64,000 nucleotides of DNA from contig JAQGDQ010000129.1 of the NCBI GenBank assembly GCA_030141605.1, positions 256,781-320,780 on the forward strand, given 5' to 3'. Below are positions 12,068-25,400 of this stretch, one piece after another (positions within the stretch are counted from its first letter, which is position 1; every line of letters begins with the position of its first letter). The position numbers and the translations under genes were made by a program. The notes below the pieces were generated by a model. That model was not told the origin of the DNA. It saw only the letters and a program-made list of their open reading frames with translations, and did not search any database. Source of the stretch: Tubiluchus corallicola. Taxonomy: Eukaryota > Animalia > Priapulida.

Positions 12068-15000
12068 TCTCGGGTTACCTAAGTGACACACTTTGAGCCT
12101 GCACAGTGGCTATTAGTTAATAATTGAAATCCATGTTACAAATGTCTCTGCGAATCCTGAAACAAACAGTAAAATTAATACACTTGTTTATTAGTAACAG
12201 TAACTTACAATGTTTAAGCAATTTTTACGAACAAACACTAGGGGAGTAACTAAGTGGCCCTGGTGTGTGCTTAGCTGTGAAAGTAGGTGATGCTGGGCCT
12301 GGTTACTAAATGAACAAGTTGCTTGAACGAGTGGTTTCATCTTGTATGTGGCAAACTATTTCTCTCATAAAGCGATGACATGTTCAGACACCCCTGCTAG
12401 TTGAATGCCTCATCTTAGAGGGCTATGCTAGATAATTAGCTAGATTATCATCTTGCACAAACCATCCACAGTAAGTTAGCACTGTCATCAAAGGCTTAAA
12501 ATGGGCAAGCTGCTTGAAGAAGCAAAATTGTTCTATAAGTACTTACACTGCTAACTACAGACCTGCAATGTGCAGTGCACAAACTGTAACAATAAATGCA
12601 TAATCAGTAAGAAAATTGTACATTTCAACCAGGGGCTTTAACAGAACATAAAACCAAGTCTCTGAACATCATAAAATACTTGCTTCGACTATAAACGTTT
12701 CACAGGCAAGCAATATAAGTGAATTACTTGGCCTTGTGCTTTCCAATTATGTAGCGTTTTCTTAGCTTGTAACCGCAAGAGAAACATAATCAATATTAAC
12801 ATAAACTGTCTAGCAAATGTGTAAGTCACCAACGATAAATGCATTACAAAACAATCACTACTGAAAAGTCAGCATCTTGTACAGTCCAACCAAAATTTAA
12901 AAATTTGTTTTGAACAAAGTGCATGTTGCATGCAGAACTCTACTTGTTTGTTCAACAAATGTACATTAGACAAAAAGTTTTTCAATAATATTGCTTTCTT
13001 GGTTAAATAGTTCCTGCAGTGATGTATAGTAAAGTACAGAAATTTCCTAGCAAATCATGTGTAAGCTAAAAAAGATTATTATGCCCATACATAGTAACTT
13101 TGTTTGAAGTTCAAAACAATGTAGCATCATTGAATACAGCCTACTGTAGAAAATTACTTTTCACAATAGCAGCCAGAAAAGAAAGGCATGCCTGTGGCAT
13201 GACCCAGTTGCTATGAATTACAACTCAGTCTTTAGAACTCAAGCAGTGCAGAAACTCACCATTACGCCCACCCACTGCATACAACTTAAAACATATATAT
13301 GCAATTAGAAAATAAATAAGGCAGACATAAATTACATATAAAAAACAACAAAACTGCAAATATTGTATAACACGCTGTTGCTATTAAGAAAGTTTTTGTG
13401 ATCACAATATTTTCATACAAGCAATGAAACATGTCCCTCAGTTATTACATTCATCTATAATTCATGTAATTTGTACTACAGCCTTCAACAGTAAATTAAT
13501 AACTGTTAATTAATGCCTAGAATTTTAAAGCTCACTTTCTGTTATGTGCAGCTATTTCTACTCCAAAAATAATTAGAAGTTTAATATTCAAGTCGTAATG
13601 ATCACCGTATAAAGTTAATGGCTTGTATAATAACTACTGAGCAGTGTACACTAAAAGTAAAAATTTGTTTAGTCCCTAACTGAAAATTTAGGATATAAGA
13701 TTACACAAAATATTAAAATTTTGCGTACAGTTATTACCACGCAAATATGAAACTAAAAATATGTTACACTACAATATCTACATGGAGATATTAAATATAT
13801 ACTCATAGCGCTACACTAATAGTAATAAATTTATTCTCCATAATACATTACTAACTTTTATGGCAAGAAACAGTTTTTATGATGTATTTTCAATTCAATA
13901 ATGACATGTGTTGTCAGATTTAAAAATTTACAATGATTGCATAAACTATTATACCTGATCCAACCAAAAGTCACCATGTAACTAATATATTAACTTTAAG
14001 AAATCAAAGTGTTTCTTCACTGAGTTATTGTACCGCAGCTTTTAATACTAACCCAGTAACTCACAAGATGACTAAAACGAATACATTACTAGTAGTTATA
14101 CGTGCAGTTCAATTTATTTGGTTACACTAACTCAATATATCACCAAGCTACTCTACAGGCCCTAGAGCAAGAGTGGCGGCATGCCGGCACTTTGCAGCTC
14201 AAAGAAGAAATCAATATCACAATGTAATTAAGGTAAAGTAAGCATCAAGATCAATAATTAACACAGTATCTGGCATTTAAATTCATCTAATTCCAGGAGC
14301 TATCCGACTGCATACGATGTCACCCCACTCAGCATCATCAATTCTGTGACTCCACACATGCAAATGGAACAGACAATATCATAAAACATGTGCAAAGGCC
14401 CAGGTAGCCTGCATAGCTGCTTTGAACAATGGCAAACATTATCTGCTGAATGCAAAATGAGGGACAACTTAACATCCCTTATTATAAGCGCTGAGGGTAT
14501 GAGTGCTCAAATCATTAGATAGTTATAGTTCTGACAAACATGTACTTTTTAATTCTTTAACCATGGTCATATGCTACAGACAACTACCTTCTACTGTTTT
14601 TTATGCTTAACCTTTATAATAATCACTTTATTTGTTGACACACTACTTAAGCTTTTGTTACTAGTCACGGTTAACAAAACAAGCCAGCCCGTCAATGACG
14701 GTGGAAGTCCCCTGAAGAAAAATTGTATAATATTATGTAAAATGGTGGTGACCCTGTGTAGAGCAAAATTTTGCAGTGTCAAAAACTGTTACATTATAAT
14801 GGTTTCTGTAAGTTGTATTTGTTTCAAAATTGATATAACGAGATCCTATGAAGTTCTGAATTGAAATTATTCTATTGTGCATACTCTAATAATACAAACA
14901 AATCACAAAACCATGTTAAGGTAAGCGTTGCACACAGGTAAGCAAAGAACAATGAAATGTACACTCGTTTTAAGTTCTTATCATTATTGCTGTGAGACCA

Positions 15001-15589
15001 AAGTAACTATCGGACTAAGCATGTGCATGAGTAAAGTAGTAAACAATTACGTGAGTGAGTGAGTAAATAGTTTCAAAAACATAATTAGTAATATGAAAAG
15101 GAAGCCTTCATTCCTGTGACCTTAGCATTTATATTGCGACACACTTCCACTAACCTTTTCACGAACCTTCATGAACCCACCTTGCCATAAACTTTAATTT
15201 GATATAATAATTACACAGTTGTTTGCAATATTCCCTTTAGATGCCCTTTGACTGACGCCAGATCACAAAAAAAATTTACCTTGCTCATTCATTTTACGCA
15301 AAGACTACACACCAAATATCTAAGAGGAAGGAAAAAAAGTTTTGGCAAAATAAAGAAAATTAAGTCATTTGTCATTAAGTTCAACAATGCACAATTAAAA
15401 GTGTAAAATCAAAAATGTAGGCATAAACAGTTTCCAATAATGCATCAAAAGTCCACCAACTATATTCAAAAATGATGTAAAAGTTCAACTTCCATTATTT
15501 TTTTCATTTCAGCATTTTTTCATCAAGTGTCTGATCTATAATTGTCGGAAGACGCAGCAATGACACTAAATACATACTTCAACATTATC

Positions 15590-15760
15590 AAGAGCAACGG
15601 TTTCCCTGGGTTAATCAGCAAAACTATAACTTCCAAAAGAAAAGGCCTGAGATAATTCTATCACTCTACAAAACACTTGTTTGTCTATATCTTGAATGTG
15701 TCAGTCAGGTTTTGGAACCCTACTATCTAAAAGACATTTGTTGCTAGTAGAAGGCAATAA
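15590..15760 (+). mobile_element. CR1-clade LINE ORF2 fragment (degenerate)
   Basis: Frameshifted translation GLISKTITSK / RPEIILSLYKTLVCLYLECVSQVLEPYYLKDI resembles the CR1 post-RT motif LGxIxR...ILxLYKxLVRPHLEYxxQxWxPxxxKDI. Confidence 0.75.
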
Positions 15761-16039
15761 TAATTGCGTTCACGAATCTCGCCATATACATTACACTAAA
15801 TGGTATTACAATTATTGGAGCTTTTTTCATGTGTACAAAACAACAAATTTATTTATATATTTTTAGTATGGTGAACTCCAAAACATCATAAAAAAGCTCA
15901 CCAGTACCAAAAAATTACCTTATAGTTTTTTATTTTTGCCTCAGTTTTTTAACTGGGTTTTGATACCTAAAAAAAGCAAAAATTTCTGGGGTATAATTTG
16001 ACACCACCCCCACCCCCTGCCAGCCCTAAGCGAGACGGG

Positions 16040-16130
16040 CCCCCGGCTTTCTCTGTTTCACACTCATTTTCACTTCAAGTGGTTGGCAGCTCTGGAACTC
16101 TGTGCCAACCAAATTTAGACAACGAGTCAA
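16040..16130 (+). mobile_element. LINE (CR1/L2) ORF2 C-terminal fragment
   Basis: HSFS / GWQLWNSVPTKFR resembles the terminal SFx...LWNSLP motif. Confidence 0.45.
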
Positions 16131-16409
16131 CACGGGAAGGTATCATCATAGTTTTTTGAACCTTAGTCCACAATGTTAAACTCATCACTGGATTTATGTG
16201 AGAACCAACAATGCAAATAATTCAAAGCATAAACTTGATGCAGAACTTTGTACAATATACCTCCTATTTTACCAGTTGGTACTCATATAATAATTAATAT
16301 TAAGGAGGGGGAAGGGCGGTAAACCAGTGGCCAGTAACTGGACAATGTCGTATTAGGATTAGTTCTGACGTGAGATCGAAGCAAATGACGGAAATCAAAG
16401 TTTACTCAC

Positions 16410-16680
16410 CACGAAAGCGAGCCACATGCACCAGACAGTATGCAGCCTAGACGATATTCGTTATGATTTCTTACAGAAAAAAATTTTACTTTTAAATTGT
16501 TTAAAGTAAATTACTACCAAACTAGCGTTGGTTCAAAGCAACCAAGTGAAATTTAACCAACTTTTTCCAAATAGTACCTATTCCCCAAACTTGCTGACAC
16601 AAACTCAAATTTCACATTCTCACATCCCAATCTTATTTTCCGATTCTGTTTTCCAATTTTGACGATTGGCGAATCGTTAA
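16410..16680 (-). promoter_or_regulatory. probable non-coding first exon and promoter of MICAL-like gene
   Basis: Donor GTG|GTGAGT at 16409; CpG-containing patch; CCAAT/ATTGG boxes at ~16652-16669. Confidence 0.45.
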
Positions 16681-17554
16681 AACAGCAGCTTGTTCAAATT
16701 GTTTTGTTTCCCATGTTGGGTAACTGGAAGGTGTGATTATTCTGCGATAGGGCTTTGTGTGGGTGTATTAGCAAAAAAAATCAATTTTTTCTCAGCTTAG
16801 TCCTGAATTATAATTATGCTTGTCAATACATATTTCTAAACCAAAAACATTGATTAAGCCACATATCTATTCTAACCTTTTATTCTATTAAATTATCACA
16901 ATACTATACAATTATATAATTAATTATGTTAACATAATTATTTAATTTAATTTCTGAATTGCTTTTTATTTAATTTTAGCATAATTATATAACTCTTGTT
17001 GTTTTTAGAAATTCATGTATTTCAAATTCGGTATGTCTTGTGTTCTGTTATCCGTTTACATGTGTGTATAAAATTCTTGGTGGTAATGAGCTTCGTCTTG
17101 GAATTACTATACGCCAGGTTTTTAAATTTTTAACAATAATGCGATTTTGGCATTATTTATATTCTATAACCTATTTTCAAAGTTAAATGTGATGGTGTTA
17201 TCATCATTGTACTCCAGCATACTTGAATGCTTTTCAATCAGCAAACTATCTTGCAAATCAAATTTAATAGTTGTAAGCAGTATTCATCACCATCATCATC
17301 ATCGACAAACGTTTCTTATATTATATTTACCAAGAAAACACTCAAAGGAATACTGCAACTTTAATTTGTGTTCAAATTATTCTCTTTTTGATGAATTAAA
17401 CTGTACCAACAGTTGGCTAAACGCCAAAAGAGCAAGTCAAAGCTTTACCTCTGATTAACCACTATGAAAATTTATTTTAACGGTATTGCTTACCGACTAA
17501 ACTATATATGTACAACAAATTATACATAACAGCATAATATATAATTATTAGTAT

Positions 17555-17700
17555 ATGAATCTATACTCAGGTCAGCTAGCCTAGGCAAGTTGAATATCAA
17601 GGGGCATAGTGTGCAACTTTTTGAGCAGTTTCCACAGGTATTAGCCTGATTAACATGTGATAATGGCAATAGTATTTTTCTGAAATGCCCACTAATTCCA
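17555..17700 (-). mobile_element. highly degraded CR1-like LINE fragment
   Basis: Pieces RKILLPL..., VETAQK..., NLPRLADLSIDS resemble the CR1 ILPLY...E.VQRRA...ERL..L.L.S region. Confidence 0.35.
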
Positions 17701-20504
17701 TTTGCAAAAGGCAAACGTAGTTCAAAAACTGAGACAATTTTTAACTCCCATATTAAACTTTTTGAACAGATAGACTCTCATAGCAATAGATCTACATTGC
17801 GTCTAATAACCATGTCTTTACAAATGATCAACACAGAAACATTTTTGTATACAACTACAAGAAAATACATTGTAAATGAACACATAAATGTCCAGACTAT
17901 ATGCGCTGTCAGCTAGACTTGTCTAGAACAAAACAGACTTGAAGAAAACTTTGAATAAGGTTTATGCTCTTGGAACAATAGTGATAATAGAAAATGACAA
18001 GCCAAAACTTAAGTGACAACTTAAGTAACTTCTGCTGTTAATTTTTCCAACCAATAACAATTTAAGAACTCAACTGTTTTTTATTTACGTTGGCTTATGA
18101 ATCGTTATTTTAATAGTGCTAAAGATCTTACGCTGTTATTATCACGCCACGGTACTTACAACACTACCTTTTTCATAAAGCACTGTCTAGCATGTCTAGT
18201 ATACACAAAACATACTGATTGGAAGAATTCACAGAAATGATCAGATTTTTTATTTTCTCTATTTTAAGTAGTCGTCTTTCAATTTTCTAAACTTCAAATA
18301 ATATTGTTTCACTTCTGACTATTACTACACATCACTACAGATAATCTGTGTAGACTCTGCACTTTTGGACAAATCCGAAAGTGCCTCATGAACTGCGTAT
18401 GCCTGGACGGAGACAAATTCAGTAAACATACTAGCTATTACACATATTAAAATACATAAGAATGCATTGCCAGCAATTAGACCTATAGTTAGTTAGTGTA
18501 TCATAAGCCACCATTGCAAAAAAAACAAATTCACCAAATGCATAAAACAGCAGAGTGATTACAAAGAACAATCAAACACTCTGATTTGTACAATCATGCT
18601 GCCACATACACACTAACGCAACTTACATTTTGATAACCTGAAAGCAACTTGACAAAAATTCATATCTATTCATTCAAAAATGTTAAATGAAATCAGTTTT
18701 TAAATAATGCTTTCTTATTTTTTTCTTCAAATCTTATGTGCAACATTAAATATTATTCATTGGCTTTAGGTCTAATAGCCAAAATTTATTATTACTCAAG
18801 ATGTTAGCACAACAAACAATAAGCAATAAACATTAAGTCTGCACAAGTATCTCAAGAAAGTTGTATTTTATGTTGTACCTGATCTTATAATAAAACATAG
18901 TATATCACACATATAAGTATCATAAACAGAATAAATTTGGAATAACATTGATAATAATGTTCAGATATTTTTTTCTAAATTTGTACTGACAGTTATGCTA
19001 AAGGTTTTCCATAATTTCAAATAAAGATTTTTAAACTAATTTTACAAAACAAAATTTGTAGAACTTAATAAATTTTTCCATACAAACACTCACATTCTAA
19101 TTCAAATCCAATCTGAATGCATGCACAGACTAATCAAAGCCAAATATTTGCACAATTACAAGTGTTAATATTAAGCATACTAAAATAACAATATAATACT
19201 AAATAACTTTTCATACAAAACAGCTATTCATTTGTAATAATTTGCATTCGATAATAAAACACAAAGACTACTCAGGATGCAAAGCAGATCACTTTTTTAA
19301 CTTAAAAAAATCACTTTCCTTGACAAAAAACCTTGGCCACTTGAAAAAACTGCTTTTGAATAATTATCTCTGCTGGATATCAAAATTAAATGGTTTAAAA
19401 AACCATCTGAACTCATGGGAAAGCAGTAAGGCATGTGCAATAAAACTAAAATCACCCCAAAAACCACTTTTACGTACTAAAGAATAACATTAAATATGTA
19501 GTTTATGAGACCATGCTATTTGAGAAGGAAACACCAAAAGAGGCTCAAAAATGCATTTTGGTCACATATCAGACCTAAATGAAGGTCAGTTTATGCAACT
19601 TAGACATATTCTTTAAAGACCACAAAAGCCACATCTGTGAAAATGAGCAAGCTTGACCCAAAGCAAACTTCTTTGCAAAAGGATTTTGTCATCTTGAAGA
19701 AGTTTTAGATAAAGCTGTAATTAAACTGTGATTACCACAACTGAGGTATTTGACACTGTGCGCAACAGAATGTATAAATGAATTTACATCCTATTCCACC
19801 CCCTAAATGCCTTAATAAAGCAATAAACGCTGCTCAAGTGAATAACTTACGTACAGTAGTCCCTGACACTGACTGCGAGTCTTTAATAATGTTAAATACA
19901 TCCACCAATTCCCAAACTGACAGAAATGAGGTTAGGCAGCAGATATTTTTGGTAAATTTGAAAAGGAATAAATTGGATGCCTAGAATTACAATGTTCAAA
20001 AGCAAAATAAAAACCATAGTTAAGCACTGTGAATTAACATTCCCAAACAATTATACTTATTAATGACTTGCACACACAATGCATATTGGTGCATGTGATT
20101 TATTAAACATGATAGTTTTTAAACTACCTTTATCTTCCAAATTTTTTTCTTCAGTGTAAACTTATAAGTCTGACAACGAATGCTACTATATAGCTGTCAA
20201 GAAACGTATATAGATATATAACGTTAATTTTGTACAAAACCACCAAAATTATGGAAATAAACGGTGACTTGCTCATAAAGCTCCATGTAAAAATTTATCG
20301 TCAAAATTTAAGTGTTCAACGTCTAAGCCCAATATAACTGTGACAAATCAAGTTAGTATGTAAAACTACCGAGCTTTTCCAGGTGAACTTACTGGCACAA
20401 AGACGAAACTTTGCTCTGGATACCACGCGCTTCACGTATTTTTTGCATCACTTTCACTTCATATACTTTATAAGTGTTAATAATAATATATGGAAATAAA
20501 GTTA

Positions 20505-20661
20505 TTAGTGCTTTATTGGCGAATCCCACCGCAAATGCGTGTCTGGATCAAAATTTACTATGCTCACGTGCACGGCACTAATTCTTTCAAATTTGGGTGG
20601 TATTGGACACTCCTTATAAGTCACGTCATCACCAGCTTTCGGTATGTATTCTCCATCAACG
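20505..20661 (-). CDS. CARHSP1: CARHSP1 last coding exon
   Basis: VDGEYIPKAGDDVTYKECPIPPKFERISAVHV...WDSPIKH*, TAA at 20505-20507. Confidence 0.95.
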
Positions 20662-22488
20662 CTGTACAAACAAACAATGTTACATAACAGGTAAATAATA
20701 AACAAGAGAAAACTTTACTCTCATCTCTTCACGATATGATATCAGAATGTCAATCTTGAACAAACATTATGACAATTTATTTATTGATGCACTCCTTCAT
20801 TTTAATCACGGGAGGTTAAGAACAATCATATTATCGAAAAGTAAATTAGCCTAATAACTAATTATTATCAAACTAGGCTATTTGTAAAAGTAACAGCCAG
20901 TATAATATTTGCTCAAGCTTGCAAAATTTAGAATATCTGTAATTTAGAAATCTGTATTTCTGGCTTAAAATTAAATCCAGGGTCAATATCTTTAAATGTC
21001 GTACACTGGAATTTTGAAACGGTTGCAGCATTCACAAACGAAATACAAGTTGTTTCAGTGTGAGAACTTCCTAGCACTATAAAATAAATAGTAGTAAAAC
21101 TAATTTAAAATTACTATAACATTAAATAGGCAAGTGAATAGTGAAATCCGGAGACTAGAGTGCCAATAACAAATATAGATATAAAGATGATTTGAAAATC
21201 TGTCTGAAGGTTATTTATGCACATACCCCCAAAAATGGTGTACTATAAAAGCCAGCCTTGTGTCAGGAAAGTTTTAGGCTAAAGTCAGTTAAGTCACCAC
21301 CCACCCCAACATAGTGGCCAATTAAAGGTGTCCAAAGTAGCACTTAAGGCTTTCTACTGTACAATCATCCGTTATGCTTTTTTATAGAAGTTTTTGTAGA
21401 TGGACAGAGTCCAAATATCGATGTCCCTACTTTGTCCGAATAACAACATCCACTAGTGGCCTAATACAAATATATGATTCACAAATTCCTTACTCTGATA
21501 TGTGAACAAAGAGATGTTCTCCACCTTTACTGGGCACAATAAACCCATGGCCTTTTTCTCGGCAAAAACTCTCGACTTTACCCCTATGGGTTGGTCCAGC
21601 AGCTGCTCTTTCAGACCTAAAAATATATAAAGCAGCTCTTGAAATATCTAATACAATAATATAATTTAAAGTCTATCGCATTAAATTATTGTTCTGTCTG
21701 TTAATATATCGCTAGTCATAATTAACAGTATTTAGTACCTAGTAATAGTAAAGAAAGCTCTAGTTTTCATACTGACGTTGATGACATTATTAATATTGCA
21801 GTAGAATTTTTATGATTGAACGCTACTCCAGTCAGCTGTCACATATTGAACAAAAACCAGCTCTTGATGACTGCTTGATGACGAAAGCAATTTCACATAC
21901 ACATAAAACCCCACACTCAACAGATTTATTCAACATTATACAGCCCAGCTTAATGCGATTCTATAAAACATATAACATAAATAAGAAAATAATTCATCAA
22001 TTTTCGTATTCCAAGAATTCATTAAAATTTCCATCTACACTGTAGGAAGAAAGGCACAGAAATACTGGTTTGGAAGGCAAAACAAATAAAAGGAATTAAA
22101 AGCGATGTCAAAGAATTATTGTATGTTACAAATACAAGAATCAGATCTACTCTGTCACGTGACCAATTTGCTCAAATTGAAATATGAGCATGTTATAAGC
22201 AACAGCTGCAGGGTTCCATATTGACTTGATTCACAGTTTTTCGTGTCTGCCCTGTCCTTTTGCTAGATGCAAGATTTTTAAACTACACAACAACGCATAG
22301 GACAAATGATCACTTCACTCAAATGAATAATGATAAACTACTAACATTGACTGTGTGCGATTGCGTCGCATCGGAACCGGACTAGGCACTAAGAAAGGCA
22401 GTCTAGGCTTGTCCGGTGATGTTGGCGACATAGGCGGACGCTTATTCGTTTCTTGTGGACGATGAGGTGTACTGGTTGATGATGACAT
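20505..22488 (-). CDS. CARHSP1: calcium-regulated heat-stable protein 1 / CSDC2-like cold-shock-domain protein, 140 aa; join(22488-22346,21616-21494,20661-20505)
   Basis: Translation ...PFLVPSPVPMRRNRTQSMSERAAAGPTHRGKVESFCREKGHGFIVPSKGGEHLFVHISDVDGEYIPKAGDDVTYKECPIPPKFERISAVHVSIVNFDPDTHLRWDSPIKH* has the family hallmarks PSPxPxRRxRTxS, KGHGFI (RNP1), FVHISD (RNP2) and GEYxPxxGDxVTYKxCxIPPK; 423 nt, phases consistent. Confidence 0.95.
21494..21616 (-). CDS. CARHSP1: CARHSP1 coding exon 2 (cold-shock domain RNP1/RNP2)
   Basis: SERAAAGPTHRGKVESFCREKGHGFIVPSKGGEHLFVHIS; TTTTTAG acceptor, GTAAGG donor. Confidence 0.95.
22346..22488 (-). CDS. CARHSP1: CARHSP1 coding exon 1
   Basis: ATG 22488; MSSSTSTPHRPQETNKRPPMSPTSPDKPRLPFLVPSPVPMRRNRTQS; donor GTTAGT, phase 2; upstream acceptor at 22547-22548. 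Confidence 0.9.
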
Positions 22489-25400
22489 TGTTGCTGTTGT
22501 TCAGTGACCATGCAAATACTAGAATGTTAAGCTATCCTGAACACACCTGTTAATAAATGCAAAAAAAGCTAAAACACAGTACCTACTAATATCAGCTCTT
22601 TTACACAGTAGCTAGTAGCTACTAATATTAAATCTTTGAGTAAAGATCTCGTCTATAATGGGTTGAGAGTCTTGAGAATAATGCTCAAGAATATAACAGA
22701 CTGGCATTTGCAATGTTGCACAATGCGAATGATAGCCAATCATCTTTAAAGATTAAAAGGGAATTTGCGTGTTACATTTACATTGTTTTTTAAATAATAT
22801 GGCTAGGCTTATGAATTGACTCAATACAAGTGTAACTATTGTCTGTGGAGGCTATACCTTTTGTTACAAAAATTTTTAAATTTGAAGTAATAAAAAAATT
22901 TTAAGGGCAGAACAACTGTACAAATGGCAAGACAATCATGGTCCTTCGTGATGATTACAATATCGCCCAGTTTCATTACTAGTATGTTATATTTCATATA
23001 ACAAGAGAGAATACCTCAAAAATGTTCCTTCGTCTACTCCCGAAAACTAGAAAATTTTATTTTTGCAGTAGTAAGCCTTTATTCTTTAACAGTTTGTACT
23101 CAATTCTGAGTGAAATTGTAGGCCTACACTTGCACACAACAAAACACTGTTTTTTTCATTTAATGTGCACGTAAACACCTTATTTATAAATAACGAGGTA
23201 TGTGTCAATAATGCAAGCAGCGTGTGAAATGAATCCGAGTGTACACTACGGTTACAGATCGTTAAGAAACGGGTTTAATTGGAGCTGCCTAAGCGGAGTA
23301 GGCTTGTCAGTAAGCCTGTAATAAACACTGAAACGATAAAAAACTCCAGTTTCTGATAAAACGATATCCGAGAAGACACATACTTCAAACAAACCACACG
23401 AATGGCACAATATATTGTCTAAAATGTACCAAGCCAGCACTTGGCAAGCCTTAGATGTGATTAAACGCCGACAAAGAATAATATTGAAGTAGTTTTCACT
23501 TGGTTGGCTTGGTTGATTTCTATATAATAAAACAGAAAAACTTTGTTTACCGAAAGCAAACCACTATGCAATTTTAACATTTCATTGTTTATAACTTTGA
23601 AAATAGAAGCTATTTATAACATCTTAAATTATTATTTTACTTTTTTTAATCAGTAATCTGTCATCGTCAGTCACTGCACTGATTTTGTCATTATAAATTT
23701 TTGTTATACAATCTTTAAGCTTCATTAAATTAAAAACTTAATCAAGATACGAGCTCATTTGATTTGAATATTAAGTTCAGCTACTGTTACACTTTACATC
23801 ACTTATTTCAGCTGGGAATTAAAATGAGAGTTGTTTAGTCAAGCTGAAAAGTTTAATCCACTTAAAGAGTTAGTAAACTTGAAATTCAACATGAGATGCA
23901 TGGTATTTTAACAGCTCAGTTCACATAAAAACTGGATTAAAACATAGAAACGTGAATGGTAATCAAAAAGGGAACAGTGGACTTCCACTTAGATGGTTTT
24001 GCACACAGTAACAAGGTACACTAATTAAATAACAGGGGCAATAGTAAGGCTTAGTATAATTTTATCAATGATTAAAAATGGAAAAACCTGTCAACATGAA
24101 TAAGTCTGTAAAATGAAGTCTCCTAACAATGACTTGTTGTAGGATTCCAGACGAAAATATGTTCCAAATTTGTAAGAAGCAACATACAAGTTGTCAGCGT
24201 ATGAGAACATCTAGTGGGTGGAACTGGGACTTTTTCACTTTCAGGATAAATGCCCCATTTATGAAGCATGAAAAGCCCTACAGATAATTTTTTTGAACCA
24301 AAGCCACTAATGTAGCAATACTTAAATAAAGTGTTTGCTAAAGATGTATTAGTAAGAAGCCTGAGTATAAGCACATCTAGAGCAAATTATTTTTAGACTG
24401 CACTTAGACTAGCAGCAGCAGTAACTAAAAAGACCTCTATTCAGCTATGATTCATATAGCTCACGGCTAGATCAAGTTTATTTTCAACCTGCTTTCAGTC
24501 TAAAATGCAAACCAAGCTGTTCTGATTCAGGCTTCCATTTATACAATAAAGACTTTAAGACTAAAAAAGCAACAGAAGCTATAAGCTATATGTGTTTAAC
24601 ATAGTTAAAGTTCTGTAAGTTGTGCGAGTAAAGAAGCTCAACATCTCATGCATTAAAAAGCTGCTTATATCTGGATCTACACAGTTTAGATTAAAGTTTT
24701 TGAAACATTCTAGAAATAGTAAACACAATAACAGCTGCAATTTACACTTACACCACACTAAATCAGTAAAAATGACTTAGGATCGTCATCACAAAATCAT
24801 TAAATTTTTTTCACTTGATCTGATAGTGTACATAAAAAAGCTGTTACGATGCATTTACAGTTTACTAACTTTCACTGCTCAATAATACTAAATGGAAAAT
24901 ATTTATGGGTACATAGCCTTCTCACAAAAATTTCATTAATAAGATAATAATACAAATATTACAAATATAAATAAAAAATCACACCTAAAAGGAAGCTTAT
25001 TACACTGATATTTTAATTTCTTATCCATGTACATATTATTATGCAGCACTTCAGGTTACTGAATTGCAGTTGTAGGAGTGTCATATCGTACAGACATTGA
25101 AAATGGGGGAAAAAGTGTTACCAATTCAAAGCTCTTCTAAACTTTTTTTTAAATATAATGCCCAACCCCCATAGCTAAAATGCAACTAACACTCAACTAG
25201 CTAGATCATAAATAATCGTTTCTAACAAAATTCTTGTCCACTTGTACAACCAGTTAGAGTTCAGTGACCTAGAACTTGCTTAGTAATAATATTCACTAGA
25301 GTCTAGACATTAGCACCATATTTCACATAAAACATTTACATGATTGCTGGGCCATAAACATGCAGCAATTTTTCTTTATCATACAAGTGTTAAAAATGTG

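Noticed and set aside
20732-20836. Possible box C/D snoRNA in CARHSP1 intron (CTGA 80 nt from the acceptor, terminal stem)
   Set aside because: Box C is degenerate (ATGATTG) and I could not identify an rRNA/snRNA-antisense guide; snoscan would be needed
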